A DNA stretch of 64,000 nucleotides, from NCBI GenBank assembly GCA_030744755.1, contig JASLPY010000002.1, positions 67,006 to 131,005 of the forward strand. Reading direction: 5' to 3'. The stretch is from Kiritimatiellia bacterium (lineage in GTDB: Bacteria; Verrucomicrobiota; Kiritimatiellia; UBA8416; JADHWI01). The position numbers and the translations under genes are program-made. Shown piece by piece: positions 1-9,407 of this stretch (positions are counted from its first letter, which is position 1; every line of letters begins with the position of its first letter). The notes beneath the pieces are model-generated. The model did not search any database and was not told where the DNA came from. It was given only the letters and a program-made list of their open reading frames with translations.

Positions 1-335
1 ATCGTTGGCCCGCGGGTGTGCCACAGGGTGCAACTCACAGCATCGGAAGCTTCGCTGACTGCGATAACGGGCCCACAAAATCCGTCATCGTGAAAATGAA
101 AGACGATCCCCGGAACGGGAAGTTCTACGATCTATGCTTTGCCAAACGCGGAGCGGTGGAACTCTATGACTGCGAAAAGGACACCGACCATGTCAATAAC
201 CTGGCGGCCGATCCGAAGCATGCCGGGACCATTGATAAACTTCGCTCACAACTGGTCGGGTATCTGGAAGCAACCGGGGATCCTCGCTTTACGGGTAAAC
301 CGGTGAAATTTGCGGAATACCCTTATCGGCCGTAG
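1..335 (+). CDS. Sulfatase, C-terminal fragment (5' end lies outside the window)
   Basis: The ORF runs in from the window edge. Its tail ...ELYDCEKDTDHVNNLAADPKHAGTIDKLRSQL... is typical of the C-terminal region of arylsulfatase-family proteins. Confidence 0.6.
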   Translation, partial: RWPAGVPQGATHSIGSFADCDNGPTKSVIVKMKDDPRNGKFYDLCFAKRGAVELYDCEKDTDHVNNLAADPKHAGTIDKLRSQLVGYLEATGDPRFTGKPVKFAEYPYRP

Positions 336-367
336 GTGTTGCAATAGAATGAAAAAGGGAGCGAAAA

Positions 368-1519
368 ATGGTCATTAAAAGTATCACCATCACCTTGACA
401 GCGATACTGCTTCTCACTGACGTTGCAGGCGCGGAACAGGTCAAGTTACGCATGGGACATGCTCAGAAACAGGAGGAGGCGAAGGCCGAACTGGAGGAAT
501 TCAAGCAGAGCTATTCCGACCTGGCCGGCTGGGAGGCCCGAAAGAAGAGAATCCGTGCGGGAATCCTGAAAGGGGCAAAGCTTACAAAACTGCCCGAGAA
601 AACACCTCTTAATCCGAAATATTTCAAGAAGCGGACCTACGATGGATACACAGTTGAGAGTGTTGCTTTAGAAAGTTCGCCCGGTTTCTATGTGACCGGG
701 ACATTATACCGTCCAACCGACCACAAAGGTTCTCTCGCCGGTATCCTTTGTCCGCACGGGCACGGCGGCCGCTTCAAGGCCAGCAAACAACAAAGGTGCG
801 CCGTACTTGCCCGGATGGGAGCCGTGGCCTTTCTGTACGATATGGTTGGCTACGGAGACTGGAAAGAGGCGGGCTGGGTGCACAGGAATACGCCGGAGGT
901 ACTCAGGCTGCAGACATGGAACAGCATGCGGATCGTGGATTTCGTTCTGTCACTACCGGGCGTAGATCCACAAAGGATTGGCATGACCGGTTGTTCCGGG
1001 GGCGGGACACAGACATTTCTCCTGACGGCAGTCGATGACCGGATAGCGGTCACCGTGCCGGTCTGCCAGGTTTCCGCCCATTTCTTTGGTGGCTGTGTAT
1101 GCGAGAGCGGTATGCCCATCCACCAAGGCCCCGATCACAAAACCAACAATGCGGAGATCTCGGCCCTTGCAGCACCTCGTCCACAACTTCTCATCTCCAA
1201 TGGTTCAGACTGGACGCTGAACACCCCAAAAATTGAGTACCCATACGTAAAACACGTTTACGAACTTTACGGGGCAGGGGACAGAGTTAAGAATGCTCAT
1301 TTTCCTAAAGAGAAACATGATTACGGAACATCCAAACGCATGGCGGCGTATCCTTTCCTGGCTGAACACCTGCAACTTGACATAAAGAAAGTTCAGGATG
1401 CAGAAGGGAAGATAGACGAATCTTTTGTGGTCCCGGAAGAGTACAAAGACCTTCTCGTTTTCGGCCCGGACAATCCCTATCCGAAAGACGCGGTGAAACC
1501 CAACACGCCATTGCCATGA
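368..1519 (+). CDS. Secreted alpha/beta hydrolase (esterase/peptidase-like)
   Basis: Ribosome-binding site aaaggga upstream of the ATG. N-terminal signal peptide. Nucleophile elbow GMTGCSGGG (G-x-S-x-G-G). Overall alpha/beta-hydrolase pattern similar to acetyl-xylan-esterase or S9-like enzymes. Confidence 0.7.
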   Translation: MVIKSITITLTAILLLTDVAGAEQVKLRMGHAQKQEEAKAELEEFKQSYSDLAGWEARKKRIRAGILKGAKLTKLPEKTPLNPKYFKKRTYDGYTVESVALESSPGFYVTGTLYRPTDHKGSLAGILCPHGHGGRFKASKQQRCAVLARMGAVAFLYDMVGYGDWKEAGWVHRNTPEVLRLQTWNSMRIVDFVLSLPGVDPQRIGMTGCSGGGTQTFLLTAVDDRIAVTVPVCQVSAHFFGGCVCESGMPIHQGPDHKTNNAEISALAAPRPQLLISNGSDWTLNTPKIEYPYVKHVYELYGAGDRVKNAHFPKEKHDYGTSKRMAAYPFLAEHLQLDIKKVQDAEGKIDESFVVPEEYKDLLVFGPDNPYPKDAVKPNTPLP

Positions 1520-1887
1520 ACAGAAGGATAAAATGGATATTGGTGCATCCGTGGATTGCCCACGCTGTGAGCTTCCTGGCCATGGCTGCATTAGCTTGCC
1601 CAATGTACAGGCGGATGGGCCCCGGTCCCGGCCTTGTCGAATATGTGCTGGACTCTTGTCTTCTTGCGATTCGCCTCCCTGGGATCTGGTTGGCAATGTT
1701 CATTCCGTTTCCGCAGGTTGAGATCGCGCTATGCATCATCATATGGGGGTTTACGCTGTGGCCGCTGTTTCGTCCGCGGACCAAGACGTGGATTGGGCGC
1801 GCCTATCTCACCTTCTTCACAATCTGGCCATTGTACGCCTTCGGATGGATCGTTTCACACCTGTTGGCGAGAGGAATCGCACATTGA
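1516..1887 (+). CDS. Small hydrophobic membrane protein, hypothetical
   Basis: ATGA overlap with the stop of the upstream gene. 123 aa that are strongly hydrophobic, with about 3-4 predicted transmembrane helices. No recognisable domain. Confidence 0.45.
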   Translation: MNRRIKWILVHPWIAHAVSFLAMAALACPMYRRMGPGPGLVEYVLDSCLLAIRLPGIWLAMFIPFPQVEIALCIIIWGFTLWPLFRPRTKTWIGRAYLTFFTIWPLYAFGWIVSHLLARGIAH

Positions 1888-1922
1888 AAAGACGACCACG
1901 GATTCAGCTACATTGGACACCT

Positions 1923-2035
1923 CCCGTAGCTGAATTCGTTAGAATTCAGACTCTTCTGTACTGGTGAGGGCAAGATTTCTGAATCCTCACCCTCCGTCGC
2001 CAAGGCTAGGGAGGGCGGGCGGATTCAGCTACATG
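1923..2035 (+). repeat. Intergenic MITE-like repeat, copy A (about 113 bp)
   Basis: Shares a 32-bp block (cccgtagctgaattcgttagaattcagactct) and a second block (gaatcctcaccctccgtcgccaaggcta.ggagg...gcggat...gctacatg) with copy B at 7177-7291. Its ends are imperfect inverted repeats: cccgtagctgaattcg at the start and cggattcagctacatg at the end. A further 10-bp hairpin is formed by 1902-1911 and 1926-1935. Confidence 0.6.
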
Positions 2036-2054
2036 TAATGGAGATGAAGAACCG

Positions 2055-3899
2055 ATGACTGTAAGGGCCGTAATCTTGGGGTTGATCCTGTCGGTGGTGA
2101 TGGGCTCCGCCAACGTATACCTGGGGCTGAAGGCTGGTATGACTGTGTCTGCGTCTATTCCGGCCGCGGTGCTTGCCATGGTCTTTCTGCGTGGCCTCTT
2201 CCGCAATGGTACTATCCTGGAATGCAACCAGGTGCAGACTGCAGCCTCGGCAGGTGAATCGTTGGCGGCCGGCATTATCTTCACGATGCCGGCAATGATT
2301 CTTATCGGGGCCTGGCAGAGATTCGATTGGGGCCTGACTACGATTATCGCGTTCACAGGTGGCCTGCTGGGAATCCTGTTTATGATCCCCATGCGACGGG
2401 TCTTTGTGATCACGGAGGACCCCGATCTTAAGTTCCCCGAAGGTGTGGCCTGCGCCGCAGTGCTTCGGGCGGGCCAGGAGAACGCCGAGAAGGGTTCGGC
2501 ACTCGCTATACTTCAAGGCGGCGTTATAGGAGCAGTGGTCAAGTTGCTTGCCGGCCTGGTCGGCGTTGTCAACGGAACCCTCGAAGGGGCCACGAGGCTG
2601 GGCGGACGAATCTTCTACCTTGGCACCGACGTCTCACCGGCCCTTCTGGCCGTGGGTTACATCGTGGGGCTCAACGTGGCCATTTTGATCTTTATCGGCG
2701 GCGCTATTGCCTGGTTGGTGGGCATTCCGCTTCTGAGCGGTGATCCCGCGTCGGCGGGTGAAGTACTGGACAGTGCCTGGACCTTGTGGTCCACCAAGGT
2801 TCGCTATGTCGGGGTCGGCTGCATGGCGGTAGGTGGCGTATCGTCAATATGGAAGGTGCGCGGAGGACTCGTTCACGCGGTACGTGAGATGGGTAGAAAA
2901 CCTGCCGCGTCGGCGGGGGCAACCGACAAAGACCGGGACCTGCCCAAAAGCATCATCGTAGCCCTCAGCATGATAGCCGTTCTCATGGTAGGCGGGGTTT
3001 ACTTTCACCTCACGGGTGACTTGAGAATGACTCTGATCATAACCGCCATAATGATTGTTATGTCTTTCTTCTTCACCGCGGTGGCCAGCTATATCGTTGG
3101 CTTGGTTGGCAACTCGAACAGCCCGGTTTCCGGCATGACCATTACCACCGTACTCTTTACCGGGTTGTTGCTGGTGGTTTTGGGCTTCTCGGGGACTTCC
3201 GGCATGGTGGCGGTCCTGGGAGTGGCGGCCATAGTCTGTTGCGTGGCCTGCACTTCGGGTGACATCTGTAATGACCTCAAGACCGGTCAACTGGTCGGTG
3301 CCTCGCCCATGCGCCAGCAACTGATGCAGATCGGCGGGGTTGCGGTGGCCTGCCTGGTTATGGCGCCGGTCATGCAGCTTCTGCATGAAGCGGCCGATGG
3401 AGGAATAGGTGGTCCCGAGCTACCGGCCCCCCAGGCTGCCCTGTTTGCCGGTCTCGTCAGAGGTTTCTTCGGGGAAGGAGCGTTGCCATGGGATCTCGTT
3501 GGGGTGGGAGCGGGACTGGGGTTGCTGTTCCTGGTGATCGACAGGATACTCGAGTGGCGCAAGACCACTTTTCGCGTGCACCTGATGCCGGTAGCGGTGG
3601 GCATGTACCTTCCTTTCGGACTGGCAGCACCGATTCTGATCGGCGGACTGATCAATCATGCTGTCGTTAGAGGCAGGAACGAAAACGACGCCCAGGAACG
3701 CAGCCGGCGAGGCGTGCTTTTTGCTTCGGGGGCCATTGCCGGTGAGTCTCTTATGGGCGTGGGTATTGCTGTACTCTACAGGTTGGGAATTGAGAAAATG
3801 GATCTGCAATTGAGCGATCCTGTTCTGACTACGACAACGATTGTCATTGCGGTGGGCCTGGTCTTGTGCTTCCGATGGTTCTCCAGGCCCAGGAACTGA
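2055..3899 (+). CDS. OPT-family oligopeptide transporter
   Basis: 614-aa polytopic membrane protein. The N-terminus MTVRAVILGLILSVVMGSANVYLGLKAGMTVSASIPAAVLAM is characteristic of the bacterial OPT/YgaY-like family. Confidence 0.85.
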   Translation: MTVRAVILGLILSVVMGSANVYLGLKAGMTVSASIPAAVLAMVFLRGLFRNGTILECNQVQTAASAGESLAAGIIFTMPAMILIGAWQRFDWGLTTIIAFTGGLLGILFMIPMRRVFVITEDPDLKFPEGVACAAVLRAGQENAEKGSALAILQGGVIGAVVKLLAGLVGVVNGTLEGATRLGGRIFYLGTDVSPALLAVGYIVGLNVAILIFIGGAIAWLVGIPLLSGDPASAGEVLDSAWTLWSTKVRYVGVGCMAVGGVSSIWKVRGGLVHAVREMGRKPAASAGATDKDRDLPKSIIVALSMIAVLMVGGVYFHLTGDLRMTLIITAIMIVMSFFFTAVASYIVGLVGNSNSPVSGMTITTVLFTGLLLVVLGFSGTSGMVAVLGVAAIVCCVACTSGDICNDLKTGQLVGASPMRQQLMQIGGVAVACLVMAPVMQLLHEAADGGIGGPELPAPQAALFAGLVRGFFGEGALPWDLVGVGAGLGLLFLVIDRILEWRKTTFRVHLMPVAVGMYLPFGLAAPILIGGLINHAVVRGRNENDAQERSRRGVLFASGAIAGESLMGVGIAVLYRLGIEKMDLQLSDPVLTTTTIVIAVGLVLCFRWFSRPRN

Positions 3900-3900
3900 T

Positions 3901-6900
3901 CTACTGTTTCTCAACCACTCGCGCGGATGCCCCCCACTCGCCACCGAGCTGAATGATTTTGAGCATAAGATCGTTGGTACCCTTCATGAGGCGCACGTTC
4001 ACCTTGTCTCTGCCACGCTTATGTGCCGTCACGATATCGTTTGACCAGATTGCTTCCCCATTAAGCCAGGCCTTGATTCCGTCGTCGCTTCCCAGCTCCA
4101 GGATGGCATCACGTTCAGTTGTCGAGAAGACACGGGTCCTCAGGTACGCCACGCGGTTATTCCCGCCAACAATCGCGGTCAGATTGATATCCCCCGGTCG
4201 AAGCAACTTGGTGAAGGGACCCGCCAGCGTATCGATCGAACGCCACTCGACTTCCGTGTTGCCGTCCTGTTCGGGCGGGAACGCGGTATTGAAGAGGGAC
4301 TGCCTGTTGCCACCCGAGTAAGGTCCGGCCAATTCCCACGTGCAGATGCAACCGCCGATCTCCTTCACGGCATTCTGAAGATTCTTCACTTTCTGAAGGA
4401 CAAACTGTTTGTCCTCAGGTCGCCGCGCGAATTCAGCCGCAGCTTCCACTTTCGGCAGAACACGGTCATTGCCGGGGCTGAAGTCGCGCACCAGCATGTC
4501 TACGTATCCGCGAAATGCGAGTACACCGGCAACCATGTCCGGATCATCGCGTGCCATGTCGCGCAGAAGAGGTAGCGGCTTCGTTGTAGGCCAGTCGGAC
4601 AGGGCCCGAATCGCGGCCTTCCGGACCTCAACAACCTTGCTGTCCAGCGACTCCTTGATCGCTCCAAATGCGCGGTCCGTTCCGGAACGCCCCAGGACCT
4701 CAATCACTACGGGCTTCGTCGTTGAGTCGATCTTGTTGAGCACCGCTATCAGGCGTTCAATCTGTTTGTCCGTAACGCCGGCTTTTGCCACGATTGCTTT
4801 CATTGCGGCGGTAAGACGGGAACGATCGGATTCGGTCATCTCCACGGGCAACAGATCAACCAGGTCATCAAGATGTTCATTGGTCACGAGTGCGCGCAGA
4901 GCACGCAGTGCTGCGGAACGTTCTTCATCGCCTCCCTTTCTGACAGCTCCAATCAGGGAAGGGACTGCCTCTGACATTCCACGATCAGCCACGACACCCA
5001 TCATTTCGCAACGATTTGTGACCTGTCCCCCGGACAACCTCGCAAGGATGGCGGGTCCAACACCGGGTGCGTCAAGGCGACACAGGCTTTCCCGTGACAG
5101 TTTTCCCGGCTCGCCCTCTTCCAGCATCCTTTGCTCAAGTAATGCAACATGTGTCGGGCCGCCGAGGCCGCCAAGTGCTCTTATCGCTACGAGGTCGACG
5201 GCGTTGGTGCCATCCCTGGCCAGCTTTGCCACTGCATCCGCAGCACCGCGGTCCCCGCGTTGTTCCAATCCCGCGAGCAACACGATCTGGGCATCCTCGT
5301 GTAAGGAGGGCAACCGTTCGCCCGCGATTCTTGCGACTTCCGATCCATTGAGTTTCACCAACAGGCCGGCTGCCGCCAGGCATATCTCGCGGCTCTTTGA
5401 ATCCAGGGCCGCGATTACCGATTTCACTGCCACTGCATTGTCGAGACGCGCAAGGCCGTCAAGCGCCGCTACCCGCAGTGCCGTTGTCCCGCCATTTGCA
5501 TACACATCCTCGAGAACTCTCTGTGCCTTCTGCCTGGCGCCGCCTACCAGCAAACGATTTGCACAGGCAAGCCTCGCATGCGTTCTTGCAACCGTAAACT
5601 CCTTAGGCAAGCGTATTTCCTTCAGTGCTGCGAGGGCTGTCTCGGAACCCATGGATCCCAAGGCCCCCACCGCCGCGCAGACAACGGTCGTGTCCTGGCT
5701 GCCGGCCAGTGCGGCCAGCTTGTCCACGGCCTGACCGTCGCGGCGTTCGCCCACAACATTGATCACGCCCACCAGTTCATCTCCCTTGAATCGTGCCATT
5801 GCTGCTCTGAGTTCCCCTTCGCTTTCCGGTCCCGGCAGGCTTCTCAACGCTTCCAGCGCGGCATGGAAAGTGGCGGGTTCATCCATCAGCGAGGCAAGTG
5901 TTGAAACCAGCGGAGAGCCGTCGTCCGTCTTGGGCGTATTTACAGGGGCCCGGCGCTTTCCGAAGGGCATAAAGAGAGAGCGTTTGCGCTCGGCGCGGAC
6001 GGACGTTGTTGGGTGCCTCGCACTCACGTTTCCCCATTTGCCCAGCAGCCCGATCAGGCGGCATTTCGCGTCCGGCGTTGTTTTCTTCGAGGCCAGCATG
6101 TCCAGCAACTTACCCTGTATGATATCCCGTCCTTCCGGTCGCGCGTCGCGCAGGCGTTCTTCCAGAACGGTGAAGGCCTTCCGGCTGCCGCCGGCCTTGT
6201 ACGAAGCGATCTCCTTCATCAGATCCGTCCCGAGCAGCTCGCCTTCCCAGGAAGGTGCAGCCGGCGTCAGCTTTCTCCAGGCATCCATCGTCCCGGCGAG
6301 ATTAGCATGTGCATCGCCTCCGATACCGAAACCCTGGAATCCAACCGGGCCCTTGTACCCAACGTCCTTCAGCGCGGCCATGACCTTCCCGACATCATAG
6401 TTCCCGCGATCAAGTCTCTGAATCAGTTGCTTCCAGTCTTTGCCCCCGCGATCTGCGCCGTTTATTGAGACCATGGTCAGTAGCGGCGCCGCTTTTCGAA
6501 TGATTGTCACGAGATCCTGGTTTGGCGACACTTTCAGCCAGTGACACAGGTTGAATGTCACGCCGACATTCGGACGGTTAACTTTTTCCGCTACGCGGAG
6601 ACCGTCCTCCACACGTTCAATCCATGATCCGGCATGCGGATAAAGCGCCACACGCAACTTGTTCTTCGCAGCCAGATCTGCGATCTCCCGCAAATAGGGT
6701 ACGGCCAGCAAATCGCCAATGGGAGAAGAGAACCGGCTCGACGAGCTGTTCACTGCCAGCCAGAGACAAGAAACCCGGCCTTTCAGCACGGTCATAGCTT
6801 CGACCAGGTTCCCAGGTATCTGTTCGGCATCAACGGAAACAGTGAGGTAGATCGCGTAGAGCTTAAGCTTCTTGGCATCCAGGAGGCGAAGTGTGTCTTT

Positions 6901-7110
6901 CAGGTCGGCGATGTTGCCAAGTCCGAGGGAGATTCCATCGTAGCCGAGTTCCGCTACCATTTTCACCTGGCTCTCGCGTGTCCTGTGCTTGGCATCGCCA
7001 ATAGCCGTATCCATGGCAAAGAACTCGTTGGCTTGGCGCGCGCCTGCAACAGGCGCGCTCAACAACACACTCACCGCAAGAAGAGATATCAGCATCAAAA
7101 GTCTATTCAC
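3901..7110 (-). CDS. Secreted multidomain protein: xylose-isomerase-like TIM barrel, then HEAT repeats, then a C-terminal beta-sandwich
   Basis: GTG start with ribosome-binding site agagga, followed by a signal peptide. The N-terminal approximately 300 aa carry sugar-phosphate isomerase/epimerase motifs (..ALYPHAGSWIERVEDGLRVAEKVNRPNVGVTFNLCHWL..). The middle approximately 500 aa contain many A/L/G-rich HEAT/PBS-lyase-like repeats. The C-terminal approximately 200 aa form a ConA/LamG-like jelly-roll (..GIKAWLNGEAIWSNDIVTAHKRG..). Confidence 0.8.
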   Translation of the reverse strand: MNRLLMLISLLAVSVLLSAPVAGARQANEFFAMDTAIGDAKHRTRESQVKMVAELGYDGISLGLGNIADLKDTLRLLDAKKLKLYAIYLTVSVDAEQIPGNLVEAMTVLKGRVSCLWLAVNSSSSRFSSPIGDLLAVPYLREIADLAAKNKLRVALYPHAGSWIERVEDGLRVAEKVNRPNVGVTFNLCHWLKVSPNQDLVTIIRKAAPLLTMVSINGADRGGKDWKQLIQRLDRGNYDVGKVMAALKDVGYKGPVGFQGFGIGGDAHANLAGTMDAWRKLTPAAPSWEGELLGTDLMKEIASYKAGGSRKAFTVLEERLRDARPEGRDIIQGKLLDMLASKKTTPDAKCRLIGLLGKWGNVSARHPTTSVRAERKRSLFMPFGKRRAPVNTPKTDDGSPLVSTLASLMDEPATFHAALEALRSLPGPESEGELRAAMARFKGDELVGVINVVGERRDGQAVDKLAALAGSQDTTVVCAAVGALGSMGSETALAALKEIRLPKEFTVARTHARLACANRLLVGGARQKAQRVLEDVYANGGTTALRVAALDGLARLDNAVAVKSVIAALDSKSREICLAAAGLLVKLNGSEVARIAGERLPSLHEDAQIVLLAGLEQRGDRGAADAVAKLARDGTNAVDLVAIRALGGLGGPTHVALLEQRMLEEGEPGKLSRESLCRLDAPGVGPAILARLSGGQVTNRCEMMGVVADRGMSEAVPSLIGAVRKGGDEERSAALRALRALVTNEHLDDLVDLLPVEMTESDRSRLTAAMKAIVAKAGVTDKQIERLIAVLNKIDSTTKPVVIEVLGRSGTDRAFGAIKESLDSKVVEVRKAAIRALSDWPTTKPLPLLRDMARDDPDMVAGVLAFRGYVDMLVRDFSPGNDRVLPKVEAAAEFARRPEDKQFVLQKVKNLQNAVKEIGGCICTWELAGPYSGGNRQSLFNTAFPPEQDGNTEVEWRSIDTLAGPFTKLLRPGDINLTAIVGGNNRVAYLRTRVFSTTERDAILELGSDDGIKAWLNGEAIWSNDIVTAHKRGRDKVNVRLMKGTNDLMLKIIQLGGEWGASARVVEKQ

Positions 7111-7176
7111 AATGTTCCTCTAGATTGATCTATCCATCAACTCCATAGATTTCCGCGCACGCGCCTACGCAATAGT

Positions 7177-7291
7177 CCCGTAGCTGAATTCGTTAGAATT
7201 CAGACTCTCTCGGTCCAGAACCCTTTCACCCTTCGGAATCCTCACCCTCCGTCGCCAAAGGCTATGGAGGCCAAGCGGATCCCGCTACATG
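7177..7291 (+). repeat. Intergenic MITE-like repeat, copy B (about 115 bp)
   Basis: Second copy of the two conserved blocks seen at 1923-2035, in the same orientation. It lies between two minus-strand genes. Confidence 0.6.
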
Positions 7292-7326
7292 GGGTCCAGT
7301 AAACAGATCTTCGTGAATAATCCAGA

Positions 7327-8646
7327 CTACACTGCTGACAGTGACCATGGCGCACGCATTGCGCGTGACCGCATCGCATTGGCCTGGTCGTCATCTAAGA
7401 ATGATTCGTTGTCAGGATTCCACCGCAATTTTCGCCCCAGCAGCATGGCGATGTTGCCCAGGTGGCAAATTGTGGCCGTACGGTGTCCCACTTCAGCCGG
7501 TGCATACGTAGGCTGTCGGCTCTTAACGCAGTTGAGGAAATCGCGGTGTTCGCGATCCTTGCATGTGCGCAGGTGGATTTCATCCGGGCCTATCACAGAA
7601 TGGAGGATCTCTTCGGACGAAGCCTGCACGGCCGCCTCCCAGTTAGGGACATGCACCCAACCTTCATCGCCCTCGAAGCGAATACCTGGAACGCCGCTTT
7701 TGCAGCTCAGTTTCACTCCGTTCGCATATTCGTAGAGTACGTCAAACGTAAGGGCCGTGTTGTACAATCCATCCTGCGGGAAAACGCCGTGCCCTTCGAC
7801 GCTGACCGGTCCGCTGTGTTCCGTATCGTTTCCCCACTGTGCAACATCGTTGATATGGGCTCCCCAATCGGTCATAAGGCCGCCGGAGTAGTCGAAGATC
7901 CACCTGAAGTCGAAATGGCACCGTCCGCGCGTGTACGGAGCTTCCGGCGCCTGGCCGAGCCACATGTCGTAGTCGAAACCGTCAGGGACAGGTTGGGGCG
8001 GATGGGCCTGAGGCCCGACGTTCTGTCTGCTGCCCCCCTGCGGCAGTTCGGCGCGAATAGTGTGCAGCTTACCTATACGGCCGTTGCGCACCAGTTCACA
8101 TGCTCGCAGGAAATTCCCCTTCGACCGGTTTTCGCTGGCAGTCTGGAAAATCCGACCGTACTGGCGCATTGTATCGCTCAACACGCGTCCTTCGTGGATG
8201 GTCAGGGTGAGCGGTTTCTCGCAGAACACATCTTTTCCGGCGCGAGCCGCCGCGATGGCCGGTAGCACGTGCCAGTGATCAGGCGTGGAAACAACAACGG
8301 CATCAATATCATCGCGTGCGACGATTTCGCGCCAGTCGCCGGTTGTTACAGGACGCTCCGATTGCCCCTGTCTGGAGTAATGCTGCTGTGTCCTCTCGGC
8401 GGCCGACTTGAGCCGGTTCGCATCAACATCGCACAGTGCGACCACTTGAGCGTCCGGCTGGTGCAAGAAGGAGTTCAGGTTGACCCCCACACCGTGGCCT
8501 CCCAGGCCGATAAACCCGAGGGCGATTCGGTTACCCGGAGACGGCGAGGAGTCATTACCAAGAGCGCGTGCAGGGATAATCACGGGCAGCCCGATCGCGG
8601 CAGTTCCCGCAGCGAGGGTGGTTCTCAGAAAACGTCGTCGATTCAT
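7327..8646 (-). CDS. Gfo/Idh/MocA-family oxidoreductase with a Tat signal (periplasmic sugar dehydrogenase)
   Basis: Strong ribosome-binding site aaaggagg. Twin-arginine signal MNRRRFLRTTLAAGTAAIG. Rossmann GFIGLGGHG followed by the family core; approximately 439 aa. Confidence 0.85.
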   Translation of the reverse strand: MNRRRFLRTTLAAGTAAIGLPVIIPARALGNDSSPSPGNRIALGFIGLGGHGVGVNLNSFLHQPDAQVVALCDVDANRLKSAAERTQQHYSRQGQSERPVTTGDWREIVARDDIDAVVVSTPDHWHVLPAIAAARAGKDVFCEKPLTLTIHEGRVLSDTMRQYGRIFQTASENRSKGNFLRACELVRNGRIGKLHTIRAELPQGGSRQNVGPQAHPPQPVPDGFDYDMWLGQAPEAPYTRGRCHFDFRWIFDYSGGLMTDWGAHINDVAQWGNDTEHSGPVSVEGHGVFPQDGLYNTALTFDVLYEYANGVKLSCKSGVPGIRFEGDEGWVHVPNWEAAVQASSEEILHSVIGPDEIHLRTCKDREHRDFLNCVKSRQPTYAPAEVGHRTATICHLGNIAMLLGRKLRWNPDNESFLDDDQANAMRSRAMRAPWSLSAV

Positions 8647-8835
8647 GATCCTCCTTTATGGACAATATGAAGCAGAGCTCTCCTATACTATAAGCAAGGC
8701 GAAATGGTCAACCTCCACGTTGCGGATTTGTGCCACAGCGCAAGTTCCTCGTAAGAGAGCTATTTTCCCTGTCGTTCTGGTCAATGCAAGCGGGGTGAAT
8801 CAGAGGTGTGATGTTTTGTTTACCCCACAGCGGAA

Positions 8836-8973
8836 GGCGTTAGGCGCTAGGCGTTAGTAGCTAGGACTCTGGACGCGCAAATCGACCCCACGGTTTTCAA
8901 CGGCTTACGAGACAGGCATGGCTCCGCGGACGGCGGACCTTTCCTGCTAACGCCTAGCGCCTAACCCCTAGCC
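8836..8973. repeat. 138-bp element flanked by 19-bp perfect (about 30-bp imperfect) terminal inverted repeats
   Basis: Left arm ggcgttaggcgctaggcgttag (8836-8865) is the reverse complement of right arm ctaacgcctagcgcctaac (8943-8973). The left arm also contains an internal direct repeat of gcgttag. Confidence 0.5.
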
Positions 8974-8978
8974 ACTGC

Positions 8979-8999
8979 GTTCTGCGCGCCGCGCAGAAC
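8979..8999. promoter_or_regulatory. Perfect 21-bp palindrome (gttctgcgcg-c-cgcgcagaac), candidate operator
   Basis: Exact dyad symmetry about 90 bp upstream of the 9090 ORF. The central loop is too small for an RNA hairpin, so it fits a dimeric-repressor site better. Confidence 0.35.
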
Positions 9000-9089
9000 A
9001 CTCGTAAGAGTCTTTCCGTTTACAACTCATGGTCTACGCTCTAGACTTAAGTTGGCTGATGAATTGCAAAGCACCAAAAGGAGATCATC

Positions 9090-9368
9090 ATGGAGCAGAA
9101 TTATCAGTATTCCGGGAAGGTGACCCCACAGGGTATAGTTCTGGGCCTGGTAGCAGGCTGCGCGGCTGCTGCGGTTCTTTGCATACCGTACGCCTATATC
9201 ACCATCTTTATCCCGCTGGTCTTTTTCAATGTGGTTGCAACTATCATTTTCGGCATGATTGCAGGGATGTGTGCGGGGTGGGGTGGGCGCAAGGGCAATA
9301 TGCAGAGCGCCGCCATGTACGTGGTTGTCGGGCTGATCGTCGGCCTTGTTGCGGAGTATCTCAACTGA
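9090..9368 (+). CDS. Small membrane protein (92 aa), hypothetical
   Basis: Ribosome-binding site aaaaggag 7 nt upstream of the ATG. Two or three predicted hydrophobic helices with G/A-rich faces. Confidence 0.5.
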   Translation: MEQNYQYSGKVTPQGIVLGLVAGCAAAAVLCIPYAYITIFIPLVFFNVVATIIFGMIAGMCAGWGGRKGNMQSAAMYVVVGLIVGLVAEYLN

Positions 9369-9407
9369 GTTTTATGGGTATTCGTTTTTTCAGGACACGA
9401 GGCGGTT

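Noticed and set aside
4409-5734. 441-aa plus-strand ORF inside the 3901-7110 minus-strand gene
   Set aside because: Its Ser/Ala/Arg/Pro-rich low-complexity translation is typical of an antisense shadow ORF in GC-rich DNA. The minus frame carries recognisable TIM-barrel and HEAT domains.
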